NCBI GenBank assembly: GCA_001275005.1
Contig: JWZX01002659.1
Location: 1 to 55,861 of the forward strand
Length of the DNA stretch: 55,861 nt
Direction: 5' to 3'
DNA from: Chrysochromulina tobinii
Lineage: Eukaryota
Shown here: positions 20,587 to 33,507 of the stretch, piece after piece
How positions within the stretch are numbered: the first letter of the stretch is position 1
How the letters are laid out: each line of letters opens with the position of its first letter
Position numbers and translations under genes: made by a program
Notes under the pieces: generated by a model
Databases searched by the model: none
The model's input: the letters and a program-made list of their open reading frames with translations, nothing else
Told to the model about the DNA's origin: nothing

Positions 20587-23500
20587 CTATGGCACAAGCG
20601 CTGTGTTCAGCGCACCTGTTTGCTTCCACAGCCGACTTAACCTCCGACGGCTAGGAACGAGAGCTTCCAGCATAGCTGGATCGCGCCGTAGGAGCTCCGC
20701 GGAGGAAGCAGGCGCGGGGCAGCCGCACGACAAGGCGCACGTCGCGTGCATGAACACCGGAATGCGTTGGCACTCGCCTTTTTGGGCCCACGCGGCGCAA
20801 GGCATGTCCTTCGCGTCGGTGCATGCCGTGGTCGGAGAGCTGACCGCGGTCGGGGCCGGTGAGTGCTGCGGCTCGGTCGAGGTCGGCCCTTCGACCTTCC
20901 TCGGTGAGCTGACCGCGGTCGGGGCCGGTGAGTGCTGCGGCTCGGTCGCGGCCGGGGCCGGTGAGTGCTGCGGCTCGGTCGAGGTCGGCCCTTCGACCTT
21001 CCTCGGTGAGCTGACCGCGGTCGGGGCCGGTGAGTACTGCGGCTCGGTCGCGGCCGGGGCTGGTGAGTGCTGCGGCTCGGTCGATGTCGGCGCATCAAGC
21101 GAGGCGGGCAAGGTCGGCGTGGGCTTGGCAAACTTCGTGGGCGGCAGTTTCGAACCCGGAGCGAAGAGGGACGCGCCATTCGGGTCCTTGCACGACAGGG
21201 CGCATTTCGAATTCATAAAGACGGGCATGCGCTCGCATTCGCCCCGAGCGGCCCATTGGGCGCACGGCACGTTCGGTGCGTCGGCCAGCGGGCCTGCCGG
21301 GACCGACGCGATTGGGCTGAAGATCGGGCTGCCAGAAGTCGGCGCACCGAGAGGGGCCGGGTGGGCATCGTCAGCTGCCGCCTTGTCAGCCGCCGCCTTG
21401 TCGGCGGCTGCCTTGTCAGATGCTGCCTTGTCAGCCGCGAGGTGCTCGTAGAAGTCTGGGGTCGGCTTGCTGGAGATGAGCCTCGAAAAAGGGTTCGTGG
21501 GGGCGGGGCAGCCGCACGACTCCGCGCACGACGTGTGCATAAACGATGGAATGCGATCACACTCGCCCCGTTTGGCCCAGATGGCACACGACACTGTCGG
21601 GTCATCGTGTCCCCAGTGGCACGGCGTACTCGAGTACAGCTGCGGAAGCGCGGGGATTGCAAGGACGAAGTGATGATCCTCCTCCGCTACGTACTCTGGA
21701 TCCACGACCGACTGGTCGCGCGACACTTCCACTACTTCGAGGCTGTCGAAGAGCGTTGGCTTCTGAGCGCACTTGGGATCCGTAAAGGTGACGCATGGGC
21801 TCATGTCGCGCAGCCAAATGTCGGCACCGTTGGGCCCGCCGCCGTCGGTGCGGGCAAACCGTCCATCGGTGACAGCATAGGTGATCTCCCGCCAGCGTGA
21901 GGTGCCGGTTGTCTCGACGATCCAGCCCCGGGGGCCGTCCAACGCGTCGTACCCAACGTAAAACTGGCCGATAGACGTGTCGAGGAACACGACGCGCAGG
22001 ATCAGGTCGCGTTCCTCGGTCAGCGGCAGCCCACCCCACAGTCCCGGGTCCAGCGTGAGCTCGATAGTCGCTTGCGGGCGCGCGAATCCGCGCGAGTAGC
22101 GACCGTACATTTGGTCCGTGGGCCCCTGCCACCAGTAGCCCTCACTCTCAGGGGTGTCCCGGCGTTGCATGAACATGCCGTAGTCGCTCCGCCAAACGTC
22201 CAGGTTGACGTCGTTGGTGCCGTTGCCATAGTCGAGCGCCACCTTTCCCTCTGGAGTGGACGGATCGATTTCGTTGCGGCAACCAGTAGCTTCGAAGGAC
22301 CGGCAGATGGACGCTTGCCGATTCGCAAGCAACACTTGGCTCTCAGACGACTGCGAGTTGCGCAAGGACATGGTCTGCCAGCCTCGGGGTAGCGCGCCAT
22401 ACTCCGCCTCGGGGAAGCGCTCCACGTCGAGCGTGTCGAGGCCGTCCCGGAAGCCAATCCAGGCCCCGGGAGATTGCCAGGCATAGCGGATGCTCGTGTA
22501 CCGATTCAGAAACCTCCAGACACCATCGAATGGAGACGGGTACGTCAGGAAATCCTTCGAGACCGTGAGCGGAATGTTCCAGTAGTCGATGCGAATCGTG
22601 AGCGCCCACATGGTCGCGGCATACAAGTGCCAGTTCTGCACCAGACAGCTTGGCGCGACCGGCCCCGCGCCCAGCTGTCCGCGATTGCCCTCCTCACCCG
22701 TCCAGCACCAGAACTTGTCCAAGTCGGCACGGGCGCGCACGGGCCCATTGTCCGTCACTCGGAAGATGTTGAGCATCGAGTGGACGACACGCGTGCGTTC
22801 ACCCGACAGACCGCCGCCCTCACCCTCGCTGTTGCGCATCAGCCACGAGCCGGGCGCGTACTCGTCGAGCCAACCGTTGGAGAAGAGCTGCATCTCGTCC
22901 ATCCGTTTCTCAGTCTGGCTCGCGCTATTCTTGCCGTTGGCAAGGTTCACCCATGTTTTCGGCTCGTCGCTCGTCACCATCATCCGCAGCCAGCCGTCCT
23001 CGATGTGCGACGCGTAGACGCTGTTGTAGAGGAAGGCGGTCATGTTCTTGGCGAATTGCTCAAACTCCGGCCGCCGAGATACGACAAGACCCGTCCTGGT
23101 GGCACCGCTGGGGCACCAGAACAGATCCAACGACTCATCGCGTGGTGGCGCAAACGCATCAAAACCGCAGTTGCCGCACCGATTCCACCTCGCATCCACA
23201 GCCGACGGTTTGCCTTCCTCATCTGTCCAGATGTAGTCGGCTTCGGTACGATTCGGGTTGAAGGTGACGGGCGTGTTCTCGTAGCCGGCACCGAGCGACG
23301 CTTGCATGTACAGGATCCGAAGCTCGCTGTTGACCATGCGCATATCATTCAGCTTCGCCGCGAGCGCTTCGTGTGCGCGCTTGTAGCGAGACAAGTAGTT
23401 GGGGTGGTGGAAGTTAGGCACCGCATAGTCGACTTCATCGCAGGTCGCCCACGTCGTAAACGGACGAGTGTCCGTCAGGTCGAGAGGATCGCGCCGCTTC

Positions 23501-26500
23501 TTGCAGACCTCAAAGTATTTGGACACCTCGAAGGGCGCCTCAAAGAGCCATTGAGGGTAGTAGTTGGGACCCGAGAGGAAGGTGATCCCTACTGCAAACG
23601 GCAGGTGGGAGTGGCGGCTCTTCGTTACATCGAGCAGCAGCGTGTCGAAGGCAGACCAGTCGAACTCGTCTGGTTTTGGCTCGAACTGCGACCACCGGAG
23701 GGCGAGGTTGACATTGCGCCACATCGAGCGGTTCCCTTGCTTCACGTTGGTGATCGGGTCCGTGCCATACACTGAGAGACCAGCGGCCAATCCATCCAAG
23801 GCCCACGTGCGCCACGCGTCCTCTGTTGTCGAGTCTCCAAAGCAAATTGAGCCGCAGCCCTGGCACTCGGGGCGCAAACTGCAGCGCGTAGTCATGACGA
23901 GGCACGACTCTGGGTCGCATCTCGAGAGGAGGGCATCATTGCCCCAGCCATCAGCGGGCGCTTTCGTGACGGTATTCGCATCCGCCGGATCAATCTCCTC
24001 GGCGAGGTCAACCTCCTGCATGCTGCCCACGCTGTCCTCGCCGCACGAGATTTCAACGTCCGGCATCGTCTCAGCCTGGTGCTGCCATGGGCGCTGCCCC
24101 GCTACGGGCGCCGCTGCGTCAGAGTCGGGATGCCAATGGTGGAAAGCAAGCCCATCCTCGGGCGCTGCTGTGTCCGGCACGGTCAAGGTCGGCTCATTGA
24201 CCGTGGTCGGCGAAGTCGGCGTCGGCGAGATGAGCGTGGGCGGGGTTAGGACTACAGCAGCCGGTGGTTCGTCCGCAGCGGGCGCCGCGGGGCAGCCGCA
24301 CGAAAAGGCGCACTTTGCGTGCATGAACACTGGAATGTGATCGCACTCGCCCGACTTGGCCCACGCGGCGCACGGGAAAGAGGCATCGTCCATGCACGGC
24401 AAGCTCGCCGAATCGTTCTCCGTCGGTGAGCCGACGTCTGCCGTTGCTGGCGCTATCGGTGCGGTCAAGGTCGGGGCATCGACCGTGGTCGGCCAAGTCG
24501 GCGTCGGCAAGGTCGGCGAGGACGGGGTTACGACCACAGCAGCCGGAGGTACAGCCGCAGAGGTTGCCGCGGGGCAGCCGCACGAGAAGGCGCACTTTGC
24601 GTGCATGAACACTGGCATTTTCTCGCACTCGCCCGATTTGGCCCACTTGGCGCACGTCACTAGCGGGTCGTCGGTGCACGTGCTGGCTGGGCCCAGGGCG
24701 GTTGGGATCTGCATCGTCTTCACAGTTCGGATCTGCCGAGCTTTCTCTGACCAGCTACGGTCCCAGCCAGAGGTCCATGGCGGCAGAAGCGTCGAGGGCT
24801 TCACAGTTGAAGGTTTCGGCGGCGGGCCGCAATCGTATACGGCCGCCTCTTCCATGAGCTTGGATTTGGTCATCGAGTTGAAGATGAGCTCGCGTGGCTC
24901 ACGTGACAGCAGCTCGTTGGCCGACGAGCTATTGAAGCTGCTCTCGGCATCCATCGGCCGAAGCTTCTTGAAGCGCCAATTCATTCCCTGATGGGCAACG
25001 CCACTCCACGGCACGGGCACGCCGAGCATGCGGTCGATCAGGCAAAGCGTCTCGCGCATAAGGCTCATGTGCCCGATGAGAGCGAGGCCCACGTCTGCAG
25101 TGGCATTCGGACAGTGCCGGAAGAGCACCTCGTTATCTTGCGTGTTGTCCGATTGCCAGCGTTCGCACGAGTCGAGAGGCTCCTCTGCATGAAGCTGTGT
25201 GTGCATTTCCTGGATGGGGACGTTGGACCAGGCAAAGTTCAACTTGTAGATGGCCCTGAGCTGGAAGCTGTCCATCTTTGGGTTACGGCAGTTTTGGTTC
25301 TTCAAGCACTCAGCAGTTGCAACGGGCGCAAAGTCCGCCACTGTCCCACCTGAACGATTGGTCAGCCAACTCGAGTTCGCCGTCGCAGGGTCTGTGTCCT
25401 TTGAAGCCCACGTATAAAAGTCCGGATACGGCCGCGCGAGAGTCTTGCCCATATCGAGATCTGCCTGATCATGGTCGTGCGCCTCTGGTCCAATCATCTC
25501 GTGGAAGAAGGAGACGCGATGAGGAAGGACATCACGAATCATAAAGATGACCTCGATCTTCCTGTTCGCCAACTTTGACGGACGAATGATGTCCACGAAC
25601 GCGCGCACTTGCATGTGACTGAACGCGATGATCACGTTTCCTCGCGCAGCCACCTCATCTTCCGCCAACCTGAATTCATCTTCATCGAATCCAGCTGAGC
25701 GTTGCGATCCGGGCACGATGTACTTGCCGGGGAGCATCCCAAGATAGTCGCTGAGCGTCGTCCCGCCCGTTTTCGGCACGTGGTGAAAGTAATAGAGCGG
25801 GTAGTCAGACGATGCAGTGACGTTGAAAAGCTTCGTCTTGTTGCCATCGCCGGCTCCGGCCCAAGTTGCGATCGGGGAGATGGCGGTGATGGCAGTGATC
25901 GAGGACACATTGCCAATCGCGTCGGAGGCGGTGACGGTGGCAGTGTTCGGTGTGAGCGGCCCCGCGCCATATTTAGGTTCTCGCAGGGCCGCCTCTGTTG
26001 GCTGCTCCAAGCACCCATACTCCTCCGCGAAGGCTTCGAAAGCATCGAGAGCGCGAGCGACGTAGTAAAACTCTCTCTGCTCCCTGGCGAGCAGGGCTAC
26101 CATGACGTCCTCGTCGACATTCGCGAGGAACTTGGACGGCACGGTGGCGCTAGAGCTCTCCAAGGCGGTCTCGTACCGCATCCATGGAATCGGAAGCGAG
26201 GTCGAGTGCGCAAACACACACAAGGTCCTGCGTACGTTCTGAGGGTCTCCTACGGGACCCACGTACACGGAGGCGAGGGGGCTTACGGTGCTCCGCGCGT
26301 CGACACCGGAAGCGATGGCCGACACATTGCGAGCTCTCCAGACGTCGTCGATGGGAAGGTTGCGAAGCGTGGCATTCAAGCTGTACAGGTACTCCAGCTG
26401 GGTCTCACGTACGTACTCGTTGCTTTGCATCCACGAATGCAGCATCGCTCTCACAAATGTCGTCGAGGACCTCTCGGCCATCTGGCGCCTCTCATTGTCG

Positions 26501-29500
26501 CTGTAGAAGAGTTGGACGCGATGAGCGAGCACGTCGCGCATGACGCCCAGGATCACCATGGGCCGCTTCGTCTGCGTGCGCACCTTCTGCACCCAAGTGA
26601 CATCCTCAATCCGACCAAAGGCGATGAGCGCATGCGTCCGGGTGTCGACTGATTCGTCGTACTTGGCTGCGAAGACTCGCTCGTCAAAAGTGGACAGCGC
26701 AGTCGAACCGGGAACAATGTACTGCTCGGGAAGCATCGCGAGGAACTGGGCGATCTCGTCGCCGTCGGCATTCGACTTCCACGCGAAGCAGTAGATCGGC
26801 TGGATGAAGGTTGAGAACCCAGCGTGGATGAGCCCCGCAGATAGTACTTCTGCGTTGGCAATGCCGTTCCAGCGAGCCGCGCGAATGGAGCGACTATGCT
26901 CAACATCGGCAACGGCCAGCTCGACCACGCTGCGGCGGCGGAGGCGTGTGGTACGGTGGGTGTATCCGTGGGGACCATAGCCGGCAGGGTGATGGTGGGG
27001 CAGGTTGTCTGGGTTATCGTCGCAGTAGGTCGCCATCGGGCAAGCAGGATCCCTACCGGTGACACCGTATCCATCTTGACCCGGGAGCAAAGTCTTGCAT
27101 CCTCCAGGATGGTTGTCTCTGCACTTGTTTAGAGGATTGTCTTGGCAGTAGTCTGCACACACTCCAAGTTGGAGTGCGCGCACTTGGCGGACTTGAACTG
27201 CGAACGTGTACTCCTCACATTCGCAATTCGAGTCCATGCCGGTGATGCCGTACCCAGGCTGACCCGGTTGCCTAGGTCTGCATCCCGGGGGAAAGCAGGC
27301 CCTTTCATCGTCGTCGTCAACGCCGGTTCTCCTGCGCCTATCGTTCATGAACATCTCGTAGTCATCGCAGTATCTCGCCATCGGGCAGTTCTCGTCCATG
27401 CCGGTGACACCGTACCCAAGCTGGCCCGGTTGCCTAGATCTGCATCCTGGAGGTTTGCACTGGAAAGGATTATCGTCGCAGTAGGGCTCCACCGGACAGT
27501 TCGCATCCATGCCGGTGATCCCGTAGCCAGGGTCACCCGGTTCCCTAGGTCTGCATCCTGGCGGTTTGCATTTCTTGTTGTTTGGGTTATCGTCGCAATA
27601 GAGCGCCATCGGGCAGTTCGGATCCTCGCCGGTGACACCGTATCCAGACTCGCCCGGTAGCCTCGGTCTGCACCGACCTCCTGGCGGAGGTACGCACCTG
27701 TTGTTAGGGTTGTCTTGGCAGTAGTCCGCCCACGGACAGTTTGCGTCCATGCCGGTGATCCCGTACCCATCGTCACCGGGGAGCCGAGGTCTGCATCCAG
27801 GAGGTTTGCACTTGTTCCTGTTGGCCGGGTTATCGTCGCAGTAGAGCATCATCGGGCAGTTCGGATCCATGCCAGTAACACCATAACCATCTTGACCCGG
27901 TAGCCTATTTCTGCATCCTGGAGGTCTGCAAATATTCCGAGGGTTATCTTGGCAGTAGTCCGCCTCCGGACAGTTCGCATCCATCCCGGTGATCCCGTAC
28001 CCAGGGTCTCCCGGTGACCTAACACTGCATGCTGGGAATTTGCACCTGTTCTTGTTGTTTGGGTTATCTGGGTTATCGTCGCAGTAGGTCGCCATCGGGC
28101 AGTTCGGATCCTCGCCGGTGACACCGTATCCAGACTCGCCCGAAAGCCTAGGTTTGCACCGTGGGGGAGTGCACCTGTTTTTAGGATTGTCTTGGCAATA
28201 GTCCGCGTCCGGACAGTTTGCGTCCTCGCCTGTGATCCCGTACCCAGGATCACCTGGTTGCCTCGGTTTGCATGCTGGGAATTTGCACCTGTTCCTGTTG
28301 AACGGGTTATCGTCGCAGTAGAGCTCCATCGGGCAGTTCGGATCCTCGCCGGTGACACCGTATCCAGACTCGCCCGGTAGCCTCGGTCTGCACCGACCTC
28401 CTTGGCCTGGAGGTACGCACCTGTTGTTAGGATTGTCTTGGCAATAGTCCGCCTCCGGACAATTCGAGTCCATCCCGGTGATCCCGTACCCAGCGTCGCC
28501 CGGAAACCTAGGTCTGCATCCAGGAGGTTTGCACCTATTCTTACTATTTAGGTTGTCTGGGTTATCGTCGCAGTAGAGCTCCATCGGGCAGTTCGGATCC
28601 TCGCCGGTGACACCGTATCCAGACTCGCCCGGTAGCCTCGGTCTGCACCGACCTCCTTGGCCTGGAGGTACGCACCTGTTGTTAGGGTTGTCTTGGCAGT
28701 AGTCCGCCCACGGACAATTTGCGTCCATGCCGGTGATCCCGTACCCATCGTCACCGGGGAGCCGAGGTCTGCATCCAGGAGGTTTGCACATGTTCCTGTT
28801 GGCCGGGTTATCGTCGCAGTAGAGCATCATCGGGCAGTTCGGATCCATGCCAGTAACACCATAACCATCTTGACCCGGTAGCCTATTTCTGCATCCTGGA
28901 GGTCTGCAAATATTCCGAGGGTTATCTTGGCAGTAGTCCGCCTCCGGACAGTTCGCATCCATCCCGGTGATCCCGTACCCAGGGTCTCCCGGTGACCTAA
29001 CACTGCATGCTGGGAATTTGCACCTGTTCTTGTTGTTTGGGTTATCTGGGTTATCGTCGCAGTAGGTCGCCATCGGGCAGTTCGGATCCTCGCCGGTGAC
29101 ACCGTATCCAGACTCGCCCGAAAGCCTAGGTTTGCACCGTGGGGGAGTGCACCTGTTTTTAGGATTGTCTTGGCAATAGTCCGCGTCCGGACAGTTTGCG
29201 TCCTCGCCTGTGATCCCGTACCCAGGATCACCTGGTTGCCTCGGTTTGCATGCTGGGAATTTGCACCTATTCTTACTATTTAGGTTGTCTGGGTTATCGT
29301 CGCAGTAGAGCTCCATCGGGCAGTTCGGATCCTCGCCGGTGACACCGTATCCAGACTCGCCCGGTAGCCTCGGTCTGCACCGACCTCCTTGGCCTGGAGG
29401 CACGCACCTGTTGTTAGGGTTGTCTTGGCAATAGTCCGCCTCCGGACAATTCGAGTCCATCCCGGTGATCCCGTACCCAGCGTCGCCCGGAAACCTAGGT

Positions 29501-32500
29501 CTGCATCCAGGAGGTTTGCACCTGTTCTTTGGGTTGTTCGGGTTGTCTGGGTTATCGTCGCAGTAGAGCTCCATCGGGCAGTTCGGATCCTCGCCGGTGA
29601 CACCGTACCCAGGCATGCCTGGTAGCCTCGGTCTGCACCCCGGAGGTACGCACCTGTTTTTAGGATTGTCTTGGCAATAGTCCGCCTGTGGGCAATTCGA
29701 ATCCATGCCGGTGATCCCGAACCCAGGTTCACCTGGTGCCCTCTTCTGGCATGCTGGAAATTTGCACCCGTCGTTATTGTTGTTATTGCCGTTGTTCCCG
29801 TCGTTGCCGTTGTTCCCGTTGTTCCCGTCGTTCTCGTCGTTGCCACTGTTCCCGTTGTTGTTGTTATTGTTGTTCACGGGCGTGGCTACGTTGACGGGCG
29901 GGGCAACCTTTTCTACGGGCGAGGCATAGAAGGGGTTGTTCATATCCTTGTTGTATGCGTCGAAGTCATCGCAGTATTTCGCCATCGGGCAGTTTGGATC
30001 CATGCCGCTGACACCGTACCCAGATTCGCCAGGTACCCTAGCTCTGCATCCTGGAGGTTTGCACTTGTACGGGTTATCGTCGCAGTAGGGCGCCTTCGGG
30101 CAGTTCGCATCCTCGCCGGTGACACCGTATCCAGACTCGCCCGGTTGCCTAGGTTTGCACCCTGGGGGTGTGCACCTATTGGAGTTGAACGGGTTATCGT
30201 CGCAGTAGAGCTCCATCGGGCAGTTCGCATCCATGCCGGTGACACCGTACCCAGGCATGCCTGGTGTCCTAGGCCTGCACCCTGGGGGTGTGCACTTGTT
30301 TCTAGGATTGTCTTGGCAGTAGTCCGCGGCCGGACAATTCGCGTCCTGTCCGGTGAGGCCGTACCCAGGTTGACCCGGTAGCCTCACTCTGCATGCTGGA
30401 GGTTTGCACTTGTTGATGGAGGAAGTGGGCCCGTTGTCGGCAGGCGAATAGTAAGGGTTTTTCGGGTTGTCAACGCAGTGCTCCGCTTCTGGGCAATCCG
30501 GGTCCTGGCCGGTGATACCGTATCCAGGGGGCAGACCGCAGTAGCTCGCTTGCGGACAATTCGCATCGAGGCCGTCGATGCCGTATCCATACTCGCCCGG
30601 TTTCCTTTGTTTGCAGACAGGGAACTGGCACAACGGGAGGATCTTGACTTTGACAGGAGGTGGTGGCGACGCTTCCTTAGGAGGCGGCGGTGGTGACTTA
30701 TCCTTCGGAGGTGGCGGTGGTGGCTTTTCCTTCGGAGATGGCGGTGGCGGCCTCTCCTTCGGAGGTGGCGGTGGTGGCCTTTCCTTCGGAGGTGGCGGTG
30801 GTGGCTTTTCCTTGGCTTGGAAAGTCCGCGGAGGTGGCGGTGGAGACTCCAGGTCTGGGGGCGGAGGAGGCGGAGGTTTGAAAGTTTTTTGTGCAGCCTG
30901 CACGTAATGCTGCGCGGCGAGCTTCGCCTCGGTGTGCTCGATCTCCAGAGACTTGAAGAAAGGGCTTCGGCGCATCTTGCGACTCGCCCCCAGAGTTGCC
31001 CCCTTCGATCGTCGCCAGCGGCGGCGCTTCAAGTCCTCCACCAGGGCATTCGACGAGTCGACACTTTTGAACTCGACGTGCTCACGCTGGCTGATACCCA
31101 AGAAGGGTGACTCGGTATCGACGACGTGGTCCACCACGGCATCGACGCACTCCTGGATGTGGCTCGGCATGGAACAGATCTCGTAGTGGAGAGTCATCCA
31201 ATCAGCGATGCGCTCGCCGGAGAAGACGTCGCTGCGGAGGCTGTCCGCGTCACGCTGCGCACCGGCGTATTTGATGCAGCTCAGTAGGTCGTCCAAGTTG
31301 ACGTTGCCTGCCGTGCTGCTCGAGTCCGGCTCGATGCGAACATTCGGGTCTTCGGTGATCCCCTTAGCAAATGAAGTCTCTGCGAGGCAACGATCGAGAA
31401 GATTCCAGCGGGTCAGCTCGACGATCTTGTACGTGTCCCAGCTGATCCTCGGCAAAAAGGGCTCGCTGCCGGTGCAGCCTCCTGCCGGCAGGGCCGCGCC
31501 ATCGCAGTGCTCGCCCGAGAAGGAGCCCTCAAAGTACTTGGGCCCGCCGTCAACGTTGTCGCGCCACGTGTACACCGGCTCGCTTCCGTTCATCATCGGC
31601 TGGGCCCACGTGCGCATGAACTTGAGCATCCGGACGGGCTTGAACCCGCACGCCTGGGCGCACGGGACAAGGTCGGATGCCATCGAGAAGACGTTCTTCT
31701 CGTACAGGTTCCAGAGAGCCTGGATGCCGCTCAGGTCGGTGTAGTCGGTGCGATCGGGGAACATGGTCACCAGTCGATCCGCCCACTTGCACAGCGTGTC
31801 GCCGTGTGTGTCGTGGATTTCATTCTCCTCCGCCTCGTTGCCTTCGGCGGAGAAAGCGTACTTGGAGCTCGTGCACCAGATGTTACGCTGCTTCACGTAC
31901 CGGGGCACGTTCTGCGCGACGAAGCTCCAGAGGCAGGCACGCTTCTGCGCGCAGATTGGGATGCTGTCCTGGACGGCCTCAAAGTGGGGCGGGATGAAGC
32001 TCTCGCCTGCAAAGGCAACAGTCGGATTGCCCGTCGCGCCCGACGCACAGACATCAGGCGTCTCATCGAGCAGCTCGTAGAACCACTCGGCTCCCGCAAA
32101 TGGGTCGGCATACAGGAGCGCGCGGATGCTCTCCTTGGACGTATCGGGCGTCTGCCTGATGAAGGGCTCGAGGCCATTCTCGTGCTCCAGGTACTCGCGC
32201 ACGTCATCGAACGGCTTGTAGATCTCGGGGTCCATCTCGGACAGTGGGTCGAACGGCTTGTTGCGCCCGGACCAGTGGAGCACGGTCGCCTCTCCAAGCA
32301 CCACAGCAGGATCCAGTTTGTTCAATTTCAAGTCGGCCTTCGAGATGTACCCGAGGCCGTCCACGAAAGCCGGGTCGCCCACAAAGTCATTCCAGCACTT
32401 CACCTTGTCCGCAAACGCAAAGTACGGGATCCCGAGTCCGAACGCGAGGGACGTCTCAGGGATCAGACTGGATTCATAGTTGGCGTGCATGTAGCTGTCG

Positions 32501-33469
32501 AAGACTTCGGTCATCTTCTGCGCCCGCCACTCGGTCAGGTTGATGCGCGACATACCGAAGTTCCAGCGCGGTTGGGCGGCGGCGAGCAACTCCTTGCCGT
32601 TGAACCTCTCGCTCCAGCGCATCACCGTGCTTGCAAACTCATCCTGCTGGCAGATGCGGTTCCCGTTCTCCATCGCCTCCTCGGTGCACCCGCTGTATGC
32701 GTGTGCCTTGTCCTTGCCTAGGTACGTGACGGGGTAATCCAGCCAGCCCCTGCCGTTGTAGTACGGCTCGTTTCGCATGCATCCGTCGGCCCACAGCCAC
32801 CCGTTGCACGTTGCGGCGATCACGGGCCCGTCGCCCATTGGGAACTCGAGCGTGGCGATGGGCTTCTGAACGACGATGTCGTCGTCACACAAGAAGAGGG
32901 TACCCAGCTCACGGAACGGGCCGAGGTACGGCAGGTAGAAGCGCAGCAGGTTGAAAGGGTCGTGGTGCATGTTGTCGTAGTCCCATGGCTCTGGATGGAG
33001 CATGGTCGGTGGCTGATGATCCTGGTCCTGGTCAGCGCCCAGCGAGCCAAACTGAGGCCACTTCCAAAGTGGAGAGATGCCGTCAGCCTCGAGCATCGCC
33101 GTCGCCTCGTCGATGCCCATCACATTGATCGTCTGCTTGGGCGACACGGGCAGGAGCGCTGTGTTGAGCCGTTGGAGCAAAGACACGTTGCCTCTTGCTT
33201 CGCGTTGCATATCGCCGATGAGCCAGACATCGATCTCGCTGTCGGGACTGTTTTTGAAGAGAGACCCAATGGCGACAACGACCGCTTCGAAACGATCCGA
33301 AAGGATGACGACGGCCGTGCGCTCCTTCTTCGCCGTTGGGTCATACGAAGGTTGCCTGATTGCGTTGAAGTCGATCGGCGTATGATACGGCGGCGGTGGC
33401 GTATGATACGGCGGCGGCGGCGATTTCGCGGGCGGTGGCGGCGGCGGCGACGGAGGCGGAGGCGGCATA

Positions 33470-33507
<38 letters not shown>

